The notes beneath the pieces are model-generated. The model saw only the letters and a program-made list of their open reading frames with translations. It ran no database searches and was not told where the DNA came from. Shown in pieces: positions 11,322 to 22,800 of a stretch of 64,000 nucleotides of DNA (its first letter is position 1; every line of letters starts with the position of its first letter). Where the stretch lies: positions 1,443,572-1,507,571 of the forward strand of contig JBLDXI010000030.1 of the NCBI GenBank assembly GCA_047495785.1, read 5' to 3'. The position numbers and the translations under genes are program-made. This DNA comes from Lepidodermella squamata. Its lineage: Eukaryota; Animalia; Gastrotricha.

Positions 11322-13647
11322 ATGGAAACATCGGTAATTGTTTTCCACACTTGGCACATTATCAAGCTATGGCTCATTATCAATCTTGCAAAATATTCAC
11401 AATCATCAGGTTTGATTACTTACAGTAATTCTTATTCAGAAAGTTAGGCTCAATTCCGGGCCCATCGTAGTTCCGTCCGGCGCGCGCGCGTCGGTTGCGC
11501 AATTGGAGGGTAAAAGTGGACTTGCGCAAAACGCTAAGTCGAAATTTTGATGAATTTCTACGTCGCGTGCGCTGATGTCAAAGGGCTATTTTTGAATATC
11601 TCGGCGGTTTTTATACCAAAAATAATTCAAATAATTTTCTATCGATTGAAAATGGTTTCTCGCGCGAAAAACTAAAATAAAGAAGGTTTCCGCGCGTCTT
11701 TACTTTTGAGAAGCGAGTGCGCCCGCTCATAAACTGGCGCGCAAAATCTAAGGTGCGCGTAAAACTTTTTTAGTTTAATTTTTTCGCGCGAGAACCCCAT
11801 ATTCAATCGATAGAGAATTGTCTGAATTATTTTTTGGAATTGTCTGAATTAAAAACCGCCGAGATATTCAAAAGTAGCATTTTGACATCAGCGCACGCGG
11901 TATTAAATATGTTAAAAATCGATGAAACTGATGCGCGTGAGCCAAGTTCTGATTTTTAACGAATTATTTACCGCGCGCGAAGAGGATAAAGGATTACTTT
12001 CAAATTTCACGTCGGTTTTTTTACCAAAAAATAATTCAGACAATTCTCTATCGATTGAATATGGGGTTCTCGCGCGAAAAAATTAAACTAAAAAAGTTTT
12101 ACGCGCACCTTAGATTTTGCGCGCCAGTTTATGAGCAGGCGCACTCGCTTCTCAATACTTGAGATACACGTAAAAATTATTATTTTCTTTAATTTTATCA
12201 CGCTAGAAGCATATATCATTTGATAGAGAATTGCCTCCTCTTCATTTTGGAGTAAAAACCGCCCAAAAAATCTAAACTAGTCTTTTGACATTAGCGCGCG
12301 CGGCTCTGGATTTGATGAAAATTTCGACTTAGCGTTTTGCGCAAGTCCACTTTTACCCTCCAATTGCGCAACCGACGCGCGCGCGCCGGACGGAACTACG
12401 ATGGGCCCGGAATTGAGCGGAAGTTAGTATAATGCTTTTGCTCGTATAATGCTGTATTTTTTAGAAATGGTTTCTGGCGATTGGGAAGTTATGCAAAATA
12501 CCAGATGCATTGGCGGTGAGAAGATAAAAAAGCCAGCTCATAGCATTTTATCATGCTCAGATTGGTGTCTGGCGAATCCTGACTGCACGGGCTTCAACGT
12601 TAACAAATACGACGCGAGATGTGTCGCAAGATCTCATTGCGAGATAATCATGAGTGGCGACGCAACTTTCTATCGGAAACGGACAAGGAAAATAGAAGCA
12701 AAGAAAATCATTGGTCAGTTCGAATCTTTTCATCAAACCTCAAAATCAGAATAACGGAATCACTACATTAACATCCAATTTTTTAATTTAATTAATTAAT
12801 TAATTTTTAATTTATTTTGTAATATAAATTTACAATTACCTATTGAAAAAATTGTTTTTTTAAGAAACCTTTGAGAATCAAAATCTTTGATTTCAGAAGT
12901 TGTTGGGTTTTTCGACTAAATTCTCTTTTTTGTATTGCCATATATTACGTTTAGATGTGAATTTGTTCGACAAACCGGAGTATGATGAGTACTATTTATT
13001 TCTCGATCCCGAGCAAACAACAGCCAGAACGAGGCGAACAACAACCACAACACCCGAGCCCTTCTCTACTTCCTCCCCACTTTGGGACGTTCAGGAAGGC
13101 AAGAAATGCAAGGGCGGTGCTCGGCTAGGCTTCATCAGCCTTAACAACGGCATATGCGCAGCACTTTGCATGAAAATCGAAGACTGTACCGGGTTCAACG
13201 TTGAAAAGGACGGATTTTGCACGGCTAGGAGTCGGTGTTCGATTGCCGACAGTGAGACAACGATTTTCTTCCGAAAACGAGAAGGCTCACCTCCAGCGGG
13301 AGAAGCTGCGTCTGAGAAGGAAACGAAACCAAGTCGAGGAAAGACTCATATCCCCAAGATCCTAGAATGTAAGTTCTTTCGATTTCAATTTTCCGATCTT
13401 TGACTTTGTCCCATTCGTCCCCCAAGCTAAATGGGAGGTCAATAGGAAGATGCGGTGCATTGGTGGCAGTAAGGTTGGTCCTCAATCGAATGAAGCTGGC
13501 GATTGTGCTGAGGCGTGCCTTAAGGCCAAGGATTGCGACGGCTACAATTTGAACGACAATGGACAATGCATTGCAAGGGCTAATTGCCAATTAGTTGATG
13601 ACGATAGAGCAACTTTTGTAAAGAAGAAACGCAGTGAAGCTCAATAA
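11322..13647 (+). CDS. Secreted protein with three PAN/apple-like modules (4 exons)
   Basis: Exon 1 is 11322-11442. Introns lie at about 11443-12464, 12714-12954 and 13369-13426. Three W-x6/7-C-x-GG...C-x3-C...C-x-G-F/Y-N...C-x-AR..C modules. Confidence 0.75.
11448..12418. mobile_element. Non-autonomous Mutator-like/foldback DNA transposon, ~971 bp, intronic
   Basis: ~100-bp near-perfect TIRs starting GCTCAATTCCGGGCCCATCG. Inner inverted pair 11706-11837 vs 12024-12155. 9-bp TSD GAAAGTTAG / GGAAGTTAG (8 of 9 match). Confidence 0.85.
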
Positions 13648-14063
13648 ATGAGAAAAACTTGGATACCTATCTCACTACTGGCGGTTTTGATTCAGGATGC
13701 TTCAATGACCTGTGTGAAATGATATTTCAACGGCACAAGAGCCATGTCTGGTAGCAATAAGTAGCGACGAATTTAAGGAAGATCTGATAAGATATGTAAA
13801 ATTGTTATTCCAAATCAAATGACCAGGCTGCGATGTTCGGACTTTGCTCGTATCAGTTTCGAAACTAGGGGATTGAGGAAAATTTTACAGGTGCCACACA
13901 GCTGCCGCGTCCGACTGCGCATGTGACCTGTCGCGTTAGCCAGATTTCGGAGATCATAATATGTGTTCAGCGGTTAAAAATTCGTCATAAAATTGATGAG
14001 TTGGCAATTTTTCCACAGAATTGTTTTCAGTCATTCCAGCTGTTGTGGGCAAGTGTGTCTGAT

Positions 14064-14786
14064 ATGCTCAGGAGCCTGCACTTATTACCCTTATTACCAC
14101 TAGAGCTCTCTGCTCTGGAGCTCTTACTGCTCTGGAGATGTGCGCTACCCCGGAAATTGAGGAAGCCGTCCAAACCCAGTAAGTGACCTTTACCCCCTGT
14201 TTCCCTCATTCATACAGCTAAGTCTCGCAGGATGGACTTCACCCCCGCCGTCGAATGCGTTGCAGCCCACGCTGGGGAACTTGTTGCCGAAATGGCTCAG
14301 GGTTAGTCAAATTATTTTTACTCGGATTGTTAGTAAGCCATGTATTTTTTCATATTATCAGCCCAAAACACTGACAACGCCGGTGTTGTCCAGGCTGTTG
14401 CTGGCGCCCTGAATGCCATTATGTTCAACGGCTGCGACATCGACGAGGTCGTCGGTGCCCACTGCCAACTGCCTGAAGATCTCGAGAACGACGAGCAGGT
14501 CCTTGCATTCCTCGAGTGCGCTGACGCTCAGTTCGAGGATGAGCAGTTCAACGCCAATTTCCCTCAGTGCATCCCCTTCAAAGATGCTTTCCGTATTGCC
14601 GCTGCGAGGCAAATTGTGGGCGCCGCCTCGAGTCTGGCTCTTGCGAACGCTCAAATGGCGACTACGATGGCGGCTATCATGAACTCTGTCAAGACCGATA
14701 CGATTCAAAACGCCGTGATGCTGAACTCGGCGGCCGTCGCCATTATGAATAGTCAAATTGCCAAGAGGCCAACGCTCGTTATTTAG
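14064..14786 (+). CDS. Hypothetical Ala-rich helical protein (2-3 exons; start uncertain)
   Basis: Coding-like GC3 in 14362-14786. In-frame GT-AG joins link it to upstream exons at about 14218-14301 and 14064-14178. Confidence 0.5.
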
Positions 14787-15321
14787 TCCTGTCCATAGAG
14801 AACGTTCTCTATGGTCCTGTCGATGCGTTTCATCTATGAATCTAAACGCCCTGAGAGACATTTTAAGCTTCAGCATATTGGTGTTGGTTATTTTGATTAA
14901 GACACTAGAGGAATAGAACCATTGACTTAGTTTGCGATACTTATGGTACACGCTGCATTTCAGCTGAAAACTTTGCGAAATCCACGCATTAAATTTAAGC
15001 GAGGAAACTTCAAAGTCTCTCAGCCTTGTGATGATGCGCAGCTGATTAGCTAGGTTCGATTTTTGACTACTTCAACGTTGGATGCTTCAATTCACATTAA
15101 GAGTTGTCGGTGGCCATAAGACTTGGATGCGATTGAGATCCAATTAAGGTACGAGAACCTATTGCTGCTTGAAGTACTACACTGGAATTCACGGACTCAA
15201 CCCTAAGCTTAACCTGAGCTTAACCAAATGTTTCAAAAAATGAGCCATATCAAGTTTCACCAGAAAAAATGAGATAGCAATCTTACGCTCCTCTTACGAA
15301 CACTTGTCACTCGGAATAAAA

Positions 15322-17601
15322 ATGAATGCTCTCAACTTATGCATTATCATATCATGCGCTTCCCAGCTTTGCTTAGCGGAGAAGGTGCTCAAAATCGTCA
15401 CATTCGCTCAGATAACTAATCCAAATGCTAACGTTAGAATGGGCGACTACTGCATCGCCTCGTACCAAATCGCCGTGAATGCTGCGAATGACGATCCGCA
15501 AATTCTCCCCGGCTACAAAATCGAACTGGAGATTTTCGACGAAGGGATCGCTGGGGCAAATACTCTCAAGTCCGTGCTAAATGCCAGCGAAATGCTTGGA
15601 GACCGAGTTGCTCCAGTGATTGTTGGTCAAATCGTCAATTGTCATGTTCTTCAGCCTGTTGTGAAGCAGTTGAGAATGATCCAGGTAACCTACGGATGCG
15701 GCGCTATTGGTTTGAGCTACCCTAGGTCCCACTACAACGCTTTGTATTCAACTGGTGGGACAATCGAGGGTGAATACTTCATGTTCCTCAAGTTTGTAGT
15801 TGCAATCGGAAAATGGCGCCAGATCGGCCTTGTATCAACAACTGCATCCCTCGACGCAGCCTTAATGAAAACAATAGTCAACCACGCAACTAACAACAAC
15901 ATCACCGTTGTCTCGATCATAGCAGATGAAGACTTCACCAAACTCGATTTCGCTTACGAAATGAAAGCGAGTGATGCTAGGATCTTCATTTTCGCTGGCG
16001 CTAACCCTATTTCAAAGTTAGCCGCTCGGTTTGTTTGCCAGGCTTACAAAGTTGGAATAAGAGGGCCAAATTACGCCTTCCTAATGCTTTACTCAACGCT
16101 CTACTCGGTTGATTTGAAGCCGGTCCTAGCGGCGGAATGCGACTCTATGGATATTGTCAAGGCCCAGGCAAAGATTACGCTTTTCTTCGGCTTGAACAAA
16201 AGTTTGGGTGGGCCTTTAGTTGGGAACGGAAGTCTTGGCTACGGTCCTTTAGAGTTCGAACGTCGTTTGAAGGTCGCGATGGGCAACAAAACTGCGGCGG
16301 ACTACATCGCCCGAACGTTTTGCCACGACGCAGTGATGGCGGCGATTTCGATATTGAACTCGACTGAGTACAAACTCAGAAGATCAAATCTAACTTTGAG
16401 TAGCTGGAATACGGTGCCTGATTTTGTTCAACAAGTCGTGAACACCTCTGCAACGGAACTTGATATCGTTACCCTGAGATCTGGGCGAATTTTCTATTCG
16501 AGCCGGTTGGAAGTCGAAAATCAGCCGAGTACGGTTTCGATAACTACGAGCCTGTCCGATATCAGCCATTTTTACACAATTGGCGCTTTGAACGCAAAGA
16601 ATGGCTCGCTTTCCCTGTCGAATTACGTCATCGAACCTTTCCCGAATTCCAAGGCTATGTGGACAACTGTAAGTGGTAACCCGCCTAAAGATTTGTCAAG
16701 CGTGGTTAACTTGAAAATCGACATGTCGGCAGCGTCAAGGATCAGCCTAATTATAGTCGCGGCTGCTCTCTCGGTATGTCAGCTAGCTGTGTCTGGTTTT
16801 TCAATGCTCAGACGCGTTGATACATTTTTCGATAGGACTGGCGCGACGTTCGCCACTGTCGGGTGTTTTTTACTTGACGCTGCTGTAATTAATCAAGCTC
16901 TTGAAGGCATTTCGTGCTCCGCAGTCTTTGCTCTGCCTATATTGGGTTTCACCCTGATGAACGCTACTTTTCTGTCCAGGACTATAACATTACATTCCCA
17001 TATTCGTTTCAAATCGATAGCTGAAGTAACGAGTGCCACAAGAACTAGCTTCCCGAAAAGCTCGTCGAAAAGAAGGGGAAGTCGCTACGCGCAAAAACCG
17101 AAAAAACACCGAAAGTTATCTCCAAGCCAGATTGCACGCTTCACCAGTGGCTTCGTCGCATCGACGATATTCCTTTGCGGATTTGTGCTGATTATTTGGC
17201 TTACTGTGGTCAATCCTGTGGGTTATACCGTAGTGTTGAGTGAAATACAGTTCAGCAATGAGCTGGACTCTTACTACACTACCGAGACTCTCATTTGCAC
17301 CGGGGTCGATTTCAAGTCATGGATAGGAGGATTTCTCTGTTTCAACATACTGATTCTCGTCATCGGCCTATTTCTCGCGTTTGAGGTTAAATCGATTGCG
17401 AAACCTGTAGAATATCAAAAGGATATAGCTTCGTATCAGATTGCAACGCTTAATAGTCTTGCGATACTGTGCGCATCTACGCTCATTGCAGTCGGCTTTC
17501 CTTCTTGGTTCGGCAGCTTATTAGTGATAATTATCACCGAGATCATTCACTCAACAACATCTTTTTTTATTGTATTTTCGGCTGTGCTGTTTCGAAAGTG
17601 A
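15322..17601 (+). CDS. Class C GPCR, GABA-B-like architecture (Venus flytrap plus 7TM, no Cys-rich domain), intronless
   Basis: Signal peptide, ANF-receptor motifs (ILPGYKIEL, DARIFI, CQAYKVGIRGPNY, HDAV), PPKD before TM1, seven hydrophobic segments with LFLAFEVK. Confidence 0.85.
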   Translation: MNALNLCIIISCASQLCLAEKVLKIVTFAQITNPNANVRMGDYCIASYQIAVNAANDDPQILPGYKIELEIFDEGIAGANTLKSVLNASEMLGDRVAPVIVGQIVNCHVLQPVVKQLRMIQVTYGCGAIGLSYPRSHYNALYSTGGTIEGEYFMFLKFVVAIGKWRQIGLVSTTASLDAALMKTIVNHATNNNITVVSIIADEDFTKLDFAYEMKASDARIFIFAGANPISKLAARFVCQAYKVGIRGPNYAFLMLYSTLYSVDLKPVLAAECDSMDIVKAQAKITLFFGLNKSLGGPLVGNGSLGYGPLEFERRLKVAMGNKTAADYIARTFCHDAVMAAISILNSTEYKLRRSNLTLSSWNTVPDFVQQVVNTSATELDIVTLRSGRIFYSSRLEVENQPSTVSITTSLSDISHFYTIGALNAKNGSLSLSNYVIEPFPNSKAMWTTVSGNPPKDLSSVVNLKIDMSAASRISLIIVAAALSVCQLAVSGFSMLRRVDTFFDRTGATFATVGCFLLDAAVINQALEGISCSAVFALPILGFTLMNATFLSRTITLHSHIRFKSIAEVTSATRTSFPKSSSKRRGSRYAQKPKKHRKLSPSQIARFTSGFVASTIFLCGFVLIIWLTVVNPVGYTVVLSEIQFSNELDSYYTTETLICTGVDFKSWIGGFLCFNILILVIGLFLAFEVKSIAKPVEYQKDIASYQIATLNSLAILCASTLIAVGFPSWFGSLLVIIITEIIHSTTSFFIVFSAVLFRK

Positions 17602-18863
17602 CACCTGTCCCGATTAACATAGCGCAGCCTGTTTTTCCTACAAAAGTGGGATTTATTTTACGCAATTTTTTGTTAATTAAGTCGCTGTTAATTCTTAAAA
17701 ATAATTTTATCTCATCAAAATAGTTATCGGAAAAATAAAATAAGAGTAACGCGACCTTGACTAGCCGTTGCCATGGTAACGGGCGACGCCGACGTAAAAA
17801 TTTCTCGTGTTCGAGGTTCAACCAGCAACCCAAGGTCTGAACTCGGGTTTTGATGCATTTTAATGCCGATTTTTCTTGGCAGCAGTCGGAGATGTGCTTA
17901 TTCTACCTGCTTGTCACTTCAAACCAGGTTACTGAAGGTTCTAAAATGGAACTAACAGGTTCCAGCGATCAAGAATAACTGAAAACTGAAGGAAATGAAC
18001 CCAAGTGATGTTTCATGCAAGAATTTGCTAAGGCTTCATAGAGCAAAATCGAGGCTTTTTGAGGGCAATTGAGTAAAATTGTGAAAATTTTATTGATTCG
18101 TCATGTTTAAAGGCAGTTTGAGCTAAAAAGGATCACAATAAGACGAGAGTTGCGAGATGAATTATTACGAAGCAAGGAACAATCAAGTTGGAAGTTAGAT
18201 AAAGTTTGAGAAAGTTATTCCGGCGGACGTGCAGCGTAACTTGTGATGTAACAAGACGAGCGATTATACGCTCTGGTGGATTTGACAAATTGTTGGCCAG
18301 GCGACAAATCTAAGAAGCTGGCAGAATCCGATTTTCTTTCAATTTCGGCAGTTTCCGAAGGACAGCTAGGTGATATCGAGGTATCGTCGCGGATTCGCCG
18401 ATCGTCTGCGATAGACTTGTTGAATTTCCAATCTTCAATCGACCAATTTTCATCTTGCAATAGGTATTCGCCAATCGAGAGGTGATTTGGTTCCTATGAA
18501 CAGAAGAATATTTCCAGTTTTAATTATTTTTGAAAAAAATGAATCAAGCAAGACCCGCAAAGTTTCACAGCTCAAAAGCAAAGTTTATAATATGAAGCAC
18601 AAAATTCATCAACATTCATGATCTGAATTATGGAAAAATTCAAGATAATATCTGTAAATTCCGACACGCCATAATTAAGGTGGGCTGTTGATGAGGCTCA
18701 AGCCGAAATACGAGCTGAACTCTGGGTTAAAGAATGTGAAATCGACTAGTTTCAGCAAGGATAAAAGTGAAATCAGTGACAAATTTTGATAGAACAAAGA
18801 ATAAAGACCTAGCCAAATCATCTATCATAGCATGAGCTTTCCTAACGGAAATCGTAATGTATA

Positions 18864-19817
18864 TGTCGTATCGCAATGAGCAATTCTTCCAATTGCCGAT
18901 AGAGATATCTCTAACCCCGATCTGCCCAAGATAGCTGCATAGCCTAAAGAGATATCTCTATGGCAATAAATAGTGGTTCATAGAGATATCTCATTGAGCA
19001 ATAATTTTACTACGACACGTGCCGTTTAGGAGACACGCGTTTAGGTTTTTATAAGTTTTTAATACAAAAAAATTTAGAAAACATTTATCAAAGTAGTTTA
19101 AATCAGAGACCCATATTATAATGCCTAAAGCTTTATTGCCCAAAGATTTAGCGGAGAATAGCGGAGATTTAGCTGTTCATCAAAGCCTGTAGTGAAAGTG
19201 GAAAGGTTGATGGTGTTACAGCCGATCGCAAGCACAACCTGAGGCATTTGTTTTGCGTTGTTGGCGGTAAACTGAAGTACCGAGAAGCCGAACAAAAACA
19301 AGCCGAAAATTTGCATGTTCTGGTGATGGACACCTTCTTGGAACGCGCAAAGAAGTACCACACCGAGAATAGCCACGCTGGATATAGCGCCGTAGTAGCC
19401 TTTTTTAAGCAGCGGTACTATGTTGTACCTTCAAGACCCCTGGAAGCCATGGTCTTGAAGGTACAACGTTGCGCATGTCGTAACTGGAAAGTTGGCAAGG
19501 TCCTGCAGCCTATGAAATGTGGTCCTTCCTGTTTATGCTCAAAAACTAATTTTTGCGAAAACAAGTAGTTGATGTGTTTTTCGACATCTATCGATGAGTT
19601 TGAGTAATGAAAATGAAGAAGATGTGAATAGAATGATTTATTTTTAATATTTCGTTAATAAACGTCGACATTATGTGTTATTGCTCTAAGAGATATCTCA
19701 ATCGGCAATAATTTATTGACAATTTATTAATTTGCTCAAAGGAGGCCCCCTTTAAGCAATTGCTAATAGAGATATCTCTATCGTCAATTGGAAGAAATTG
19801 CTCATTGCGATACGACA
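18864..19817 (+). mobile_element. Internally deleted Ginger2/TDD-like DNA transposon
   Basis: TGT...ACA termini, ~50-bp TIRs (TGTCGTATCGCAATGAGCAATT), TATA on both flanks. The frameshifted ORF remnant 19121-19568 has an integrase zinc-finger-like H-x4-H-x-G...RYY and a Cys-rich tail ending CENK. Confidence 0.7.
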
Positions 19818-22800
19818 TATACATGATCCTAGAAATTTAGCTACGCTTGGCTGATTTAAGATTCGTATTAAAGTCAATATTAGCTGAGTGAAAATATAAA
19901 GAATCTCAGTCTTGAAAAACTCGAAAACGTCTTGAAAACGAAAATTGGATGATTCTGATTCCTAAATAAAAATATGAGGAATAATGTGTGGTTGCCGTAT
20001 TTTTTACGAAATTAATTGACAAATAAAATGGGGCCAACATTATAGAAAAAAGTTGGAAGCTCAATGGTTCCAAGCACCACGTAGAATGTTGGAATTGATC
20101 ACGGCCGCCTACGAATACAAAAATGGCATAACGTAAGATGGATCTTCAAGACTGAATTTTCCGAATCCTTACCAAATTAATCCAAGAAATTAAAAAAAAA
20201 AGCTGAAGTCACCTTAATTGAATTGAATTGAATTAAACTGAACGGCAAGATATTCTTAGGTATTAATTGTTAACTTATAATTAATTTTAAAAATAATAGG
20301 GAAGAGTGGAATTTTTTTCATAGTCGCATCGCATTAAATTTCTCGATAAAAATCTAAGCGAAAAAATTACTGCTACCAGCCTACCTTTCACAAGGCAGTT
20401 TCAACTGCAAATTTGTCTCGTCTAGAAAATGAAGTTCTCGCCAGCCTGCGACGTCTCAGTGACCACTGAAGGCTCAAATTTGACTTGGAACAGCAACTCC
20501 GTCACGGTTGAGTGATCGCGGGGTGTCTGATAATCTCGTTTCCGGATCGAAATTTTGAAATCGAGCCGCAGGATAATATACTGAGAATTTGAGAATATGC
20601 CAACAGTCCGGACGTAGTTCGAATTAACTTTCGGTCTCGTTTCGACTCTTCGACTCGCTTCCATAAATTTAACCAGCTAGTCTCGGGTCTCAGCGGGTAG
20701 GGTTGCCTGTGATAAAATTAGAAAAAATATTATTGTTTGAATTTATTAATTTTGCCACAGAACGAACTGTACTTAAATTATTATTTGAAGTTCGAAGCCT
20801 TCACGTCACGCCTAAATAAATCTAAGCTCCTCAGGGGCATAAAGAAAAAGCGTTTCGGAGGGGAATAATAAGCTGAAAATAACCGAAACCTTTCTTGAAT
20901 AATTCAAGTAAAATCAAGAGTGAGAGATATCATGGCTTAAATATCGACTGCTTGCGTTAAACTAAACTAAATAAATTCGCAAAGCACGCGAATAAAAAAT
21001 TCCCCACCCGTTTCTCAAATTAATAAAATAAAAAATGGATTTGAGGCATCAAATTAGGAAGCTTGCCTATTGTCAGGTCACCTGTAACAGAATCGACCGG
21101 CTTTAGCATTTCCAAATCCGCATTTCCGATCAACAAAAAACGGCATCGGCCAATCGCTGCAGCGCTAATTTGGTCACGGATGACTGACTTCGATCCGGTG
21201 ATCGCTCGATCCGACCGCGCTCCCTTCACAGTTGAGCATTTTTCAAGCCTGAATGCTTTTGGAGATTTCGCTGAATTCAGTGTCACCGAATTGAGGTCGG
21301 TTGCTGTTGATTAGACTGTCATGTTCCTGGTTCCTGGCCATAAATGGTACAACAGGCAGCCGAGTGCAATGCCTGAATTTCCAAAATTTTCGAATTTAAT
21401 TGCGAATTGTTGGCCAGCCTCTCCCCGAGTCAAACGCCGGCCATGGAAACCTCATGCCTTGATCAAGCGTATTTTATCTATAAAAAATAGCGTAAAAATT
21501 AAAAAATAATAAAATAAGAGGCGCGGTGACATTATTAGAATTAGCATATTGAAGAAGAACGTAAAATGCCTATGAAAAATAAGCGTCAACAAATTTACTG
21601 GTGCTTCGCGTTTGAAGCTGGTATTTTTAAATATTATTTTTACGTTGTTTTTTCCTGTTACGATAGAATCAGTCTTCATTTTCGGGAATTTTTCAAATAC
21701 AGTTTATGAATTTTGGAAAAGGCTCGACGGCTCTACTTCACGCCTGAATGAATCACATTTTTTAACTAATTAACGTAAAATTTAGGGAAGCTCAAGAGTG
21801 GGAGATGTCATGGGCGATATAACAACAGCTAAAAAATTCAAAAAATTGTTAAAAAATTCAAAAATTCATGTACGCTAATTGATGATTCAATGCCTGTTTC
21901 CCAATCATTGTAAGGGCAATATTCGGAAAAATAAAAAAATAGCTCACCGTCACCAGATCACTAGCACCAAACTTGATCCATTGAAACTTGAGGCTGGGCC
22001 TGGTTCCAACCCAATGCTTCCCCAAGAAGGTAGCAGAAGAGAACAACAACAACGCCACCAACTGCGACGCTAATGTAGTAACGGCTGGCTGAATTTGATG
22101 GCAATCGCACTGACCGCGCTGCGTTCGCAGTAAAATTGCGGGAAAATAGGTCGTTTTTCAATGAGAAATTGGCGCAGTAGATACTGATGCATTTCGGGTT
22201 ATCGCTGAGTTGAGTCTGATGCCGATTTGACCGAATGAAGCTCGAGAGCTACAATGCCTTGCCGGGCAATCGAAGAGAACGATTACCGAAACAGTATTCG
22301 ATTTCTACGAAATTTTCACGGTTGAATGGTTGCGGCGAATTCGCTTGATTCAGTCTTACCGAGTTGAGTTGTAATTTTTCAATTCCTGAACTTCTGGCGG
22401 CTGTGCCGGTAATCGCAGAAATTTCTAAAAAAAGAAAAATAAGAATCTTAATGAAAGCCCGTTATTTGACGGGGATACCGACGGGCATGATGAGGCCAGA
22501 AATCGAATAAAATAATGAATGTTAAAGTGCGAAAAATAGGCAGTCCAGTAAACATATTATGTGATTTCAATTTTGAATTGATATGGAAAATTATAGCCCG
22601 CCAAACACTGCCGAACAGAATGTCAACACTCTTGCCACTATTTTTAACACGTTGAAGGATAATTCGTCGGTAATAATCGTCAAAGAATTACGACTGGGGC
22701 ATTTTTCACATCGACCCCACAGCACATAGTAATTCAAAATATAGGTGATAAAAATAAAAATCATAAAATTAAATTATATAAAAATAAATAGTAAAAATGC

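Noticed and set aside
11448-12418. Repeated modules suggestive of a CRISPR array or structured RNA gene
   Set aside because: The repeats are inverted and bounded by TIRs and a TSD, with no unique spacers or cas genes; the context is eukaryotic.
15195-15225. AACCCTAA-like sequence as an interstitial telomere
   Set aside because: Only one or two degenerate units.
20690-20715. TATCACAG on the minus strand resembling a miR-2 family seed
   Set aside because: Better explained as a splice acceptor (TTTTATCACAG|G); no convincing hairpin seen.
20385-22424. Stop-codon reassignment to rescue the exon-like segments as coding
   Set aside because: Genes in the window end in TAA, TAG and TGA, and read-through gives no recognisable protein.
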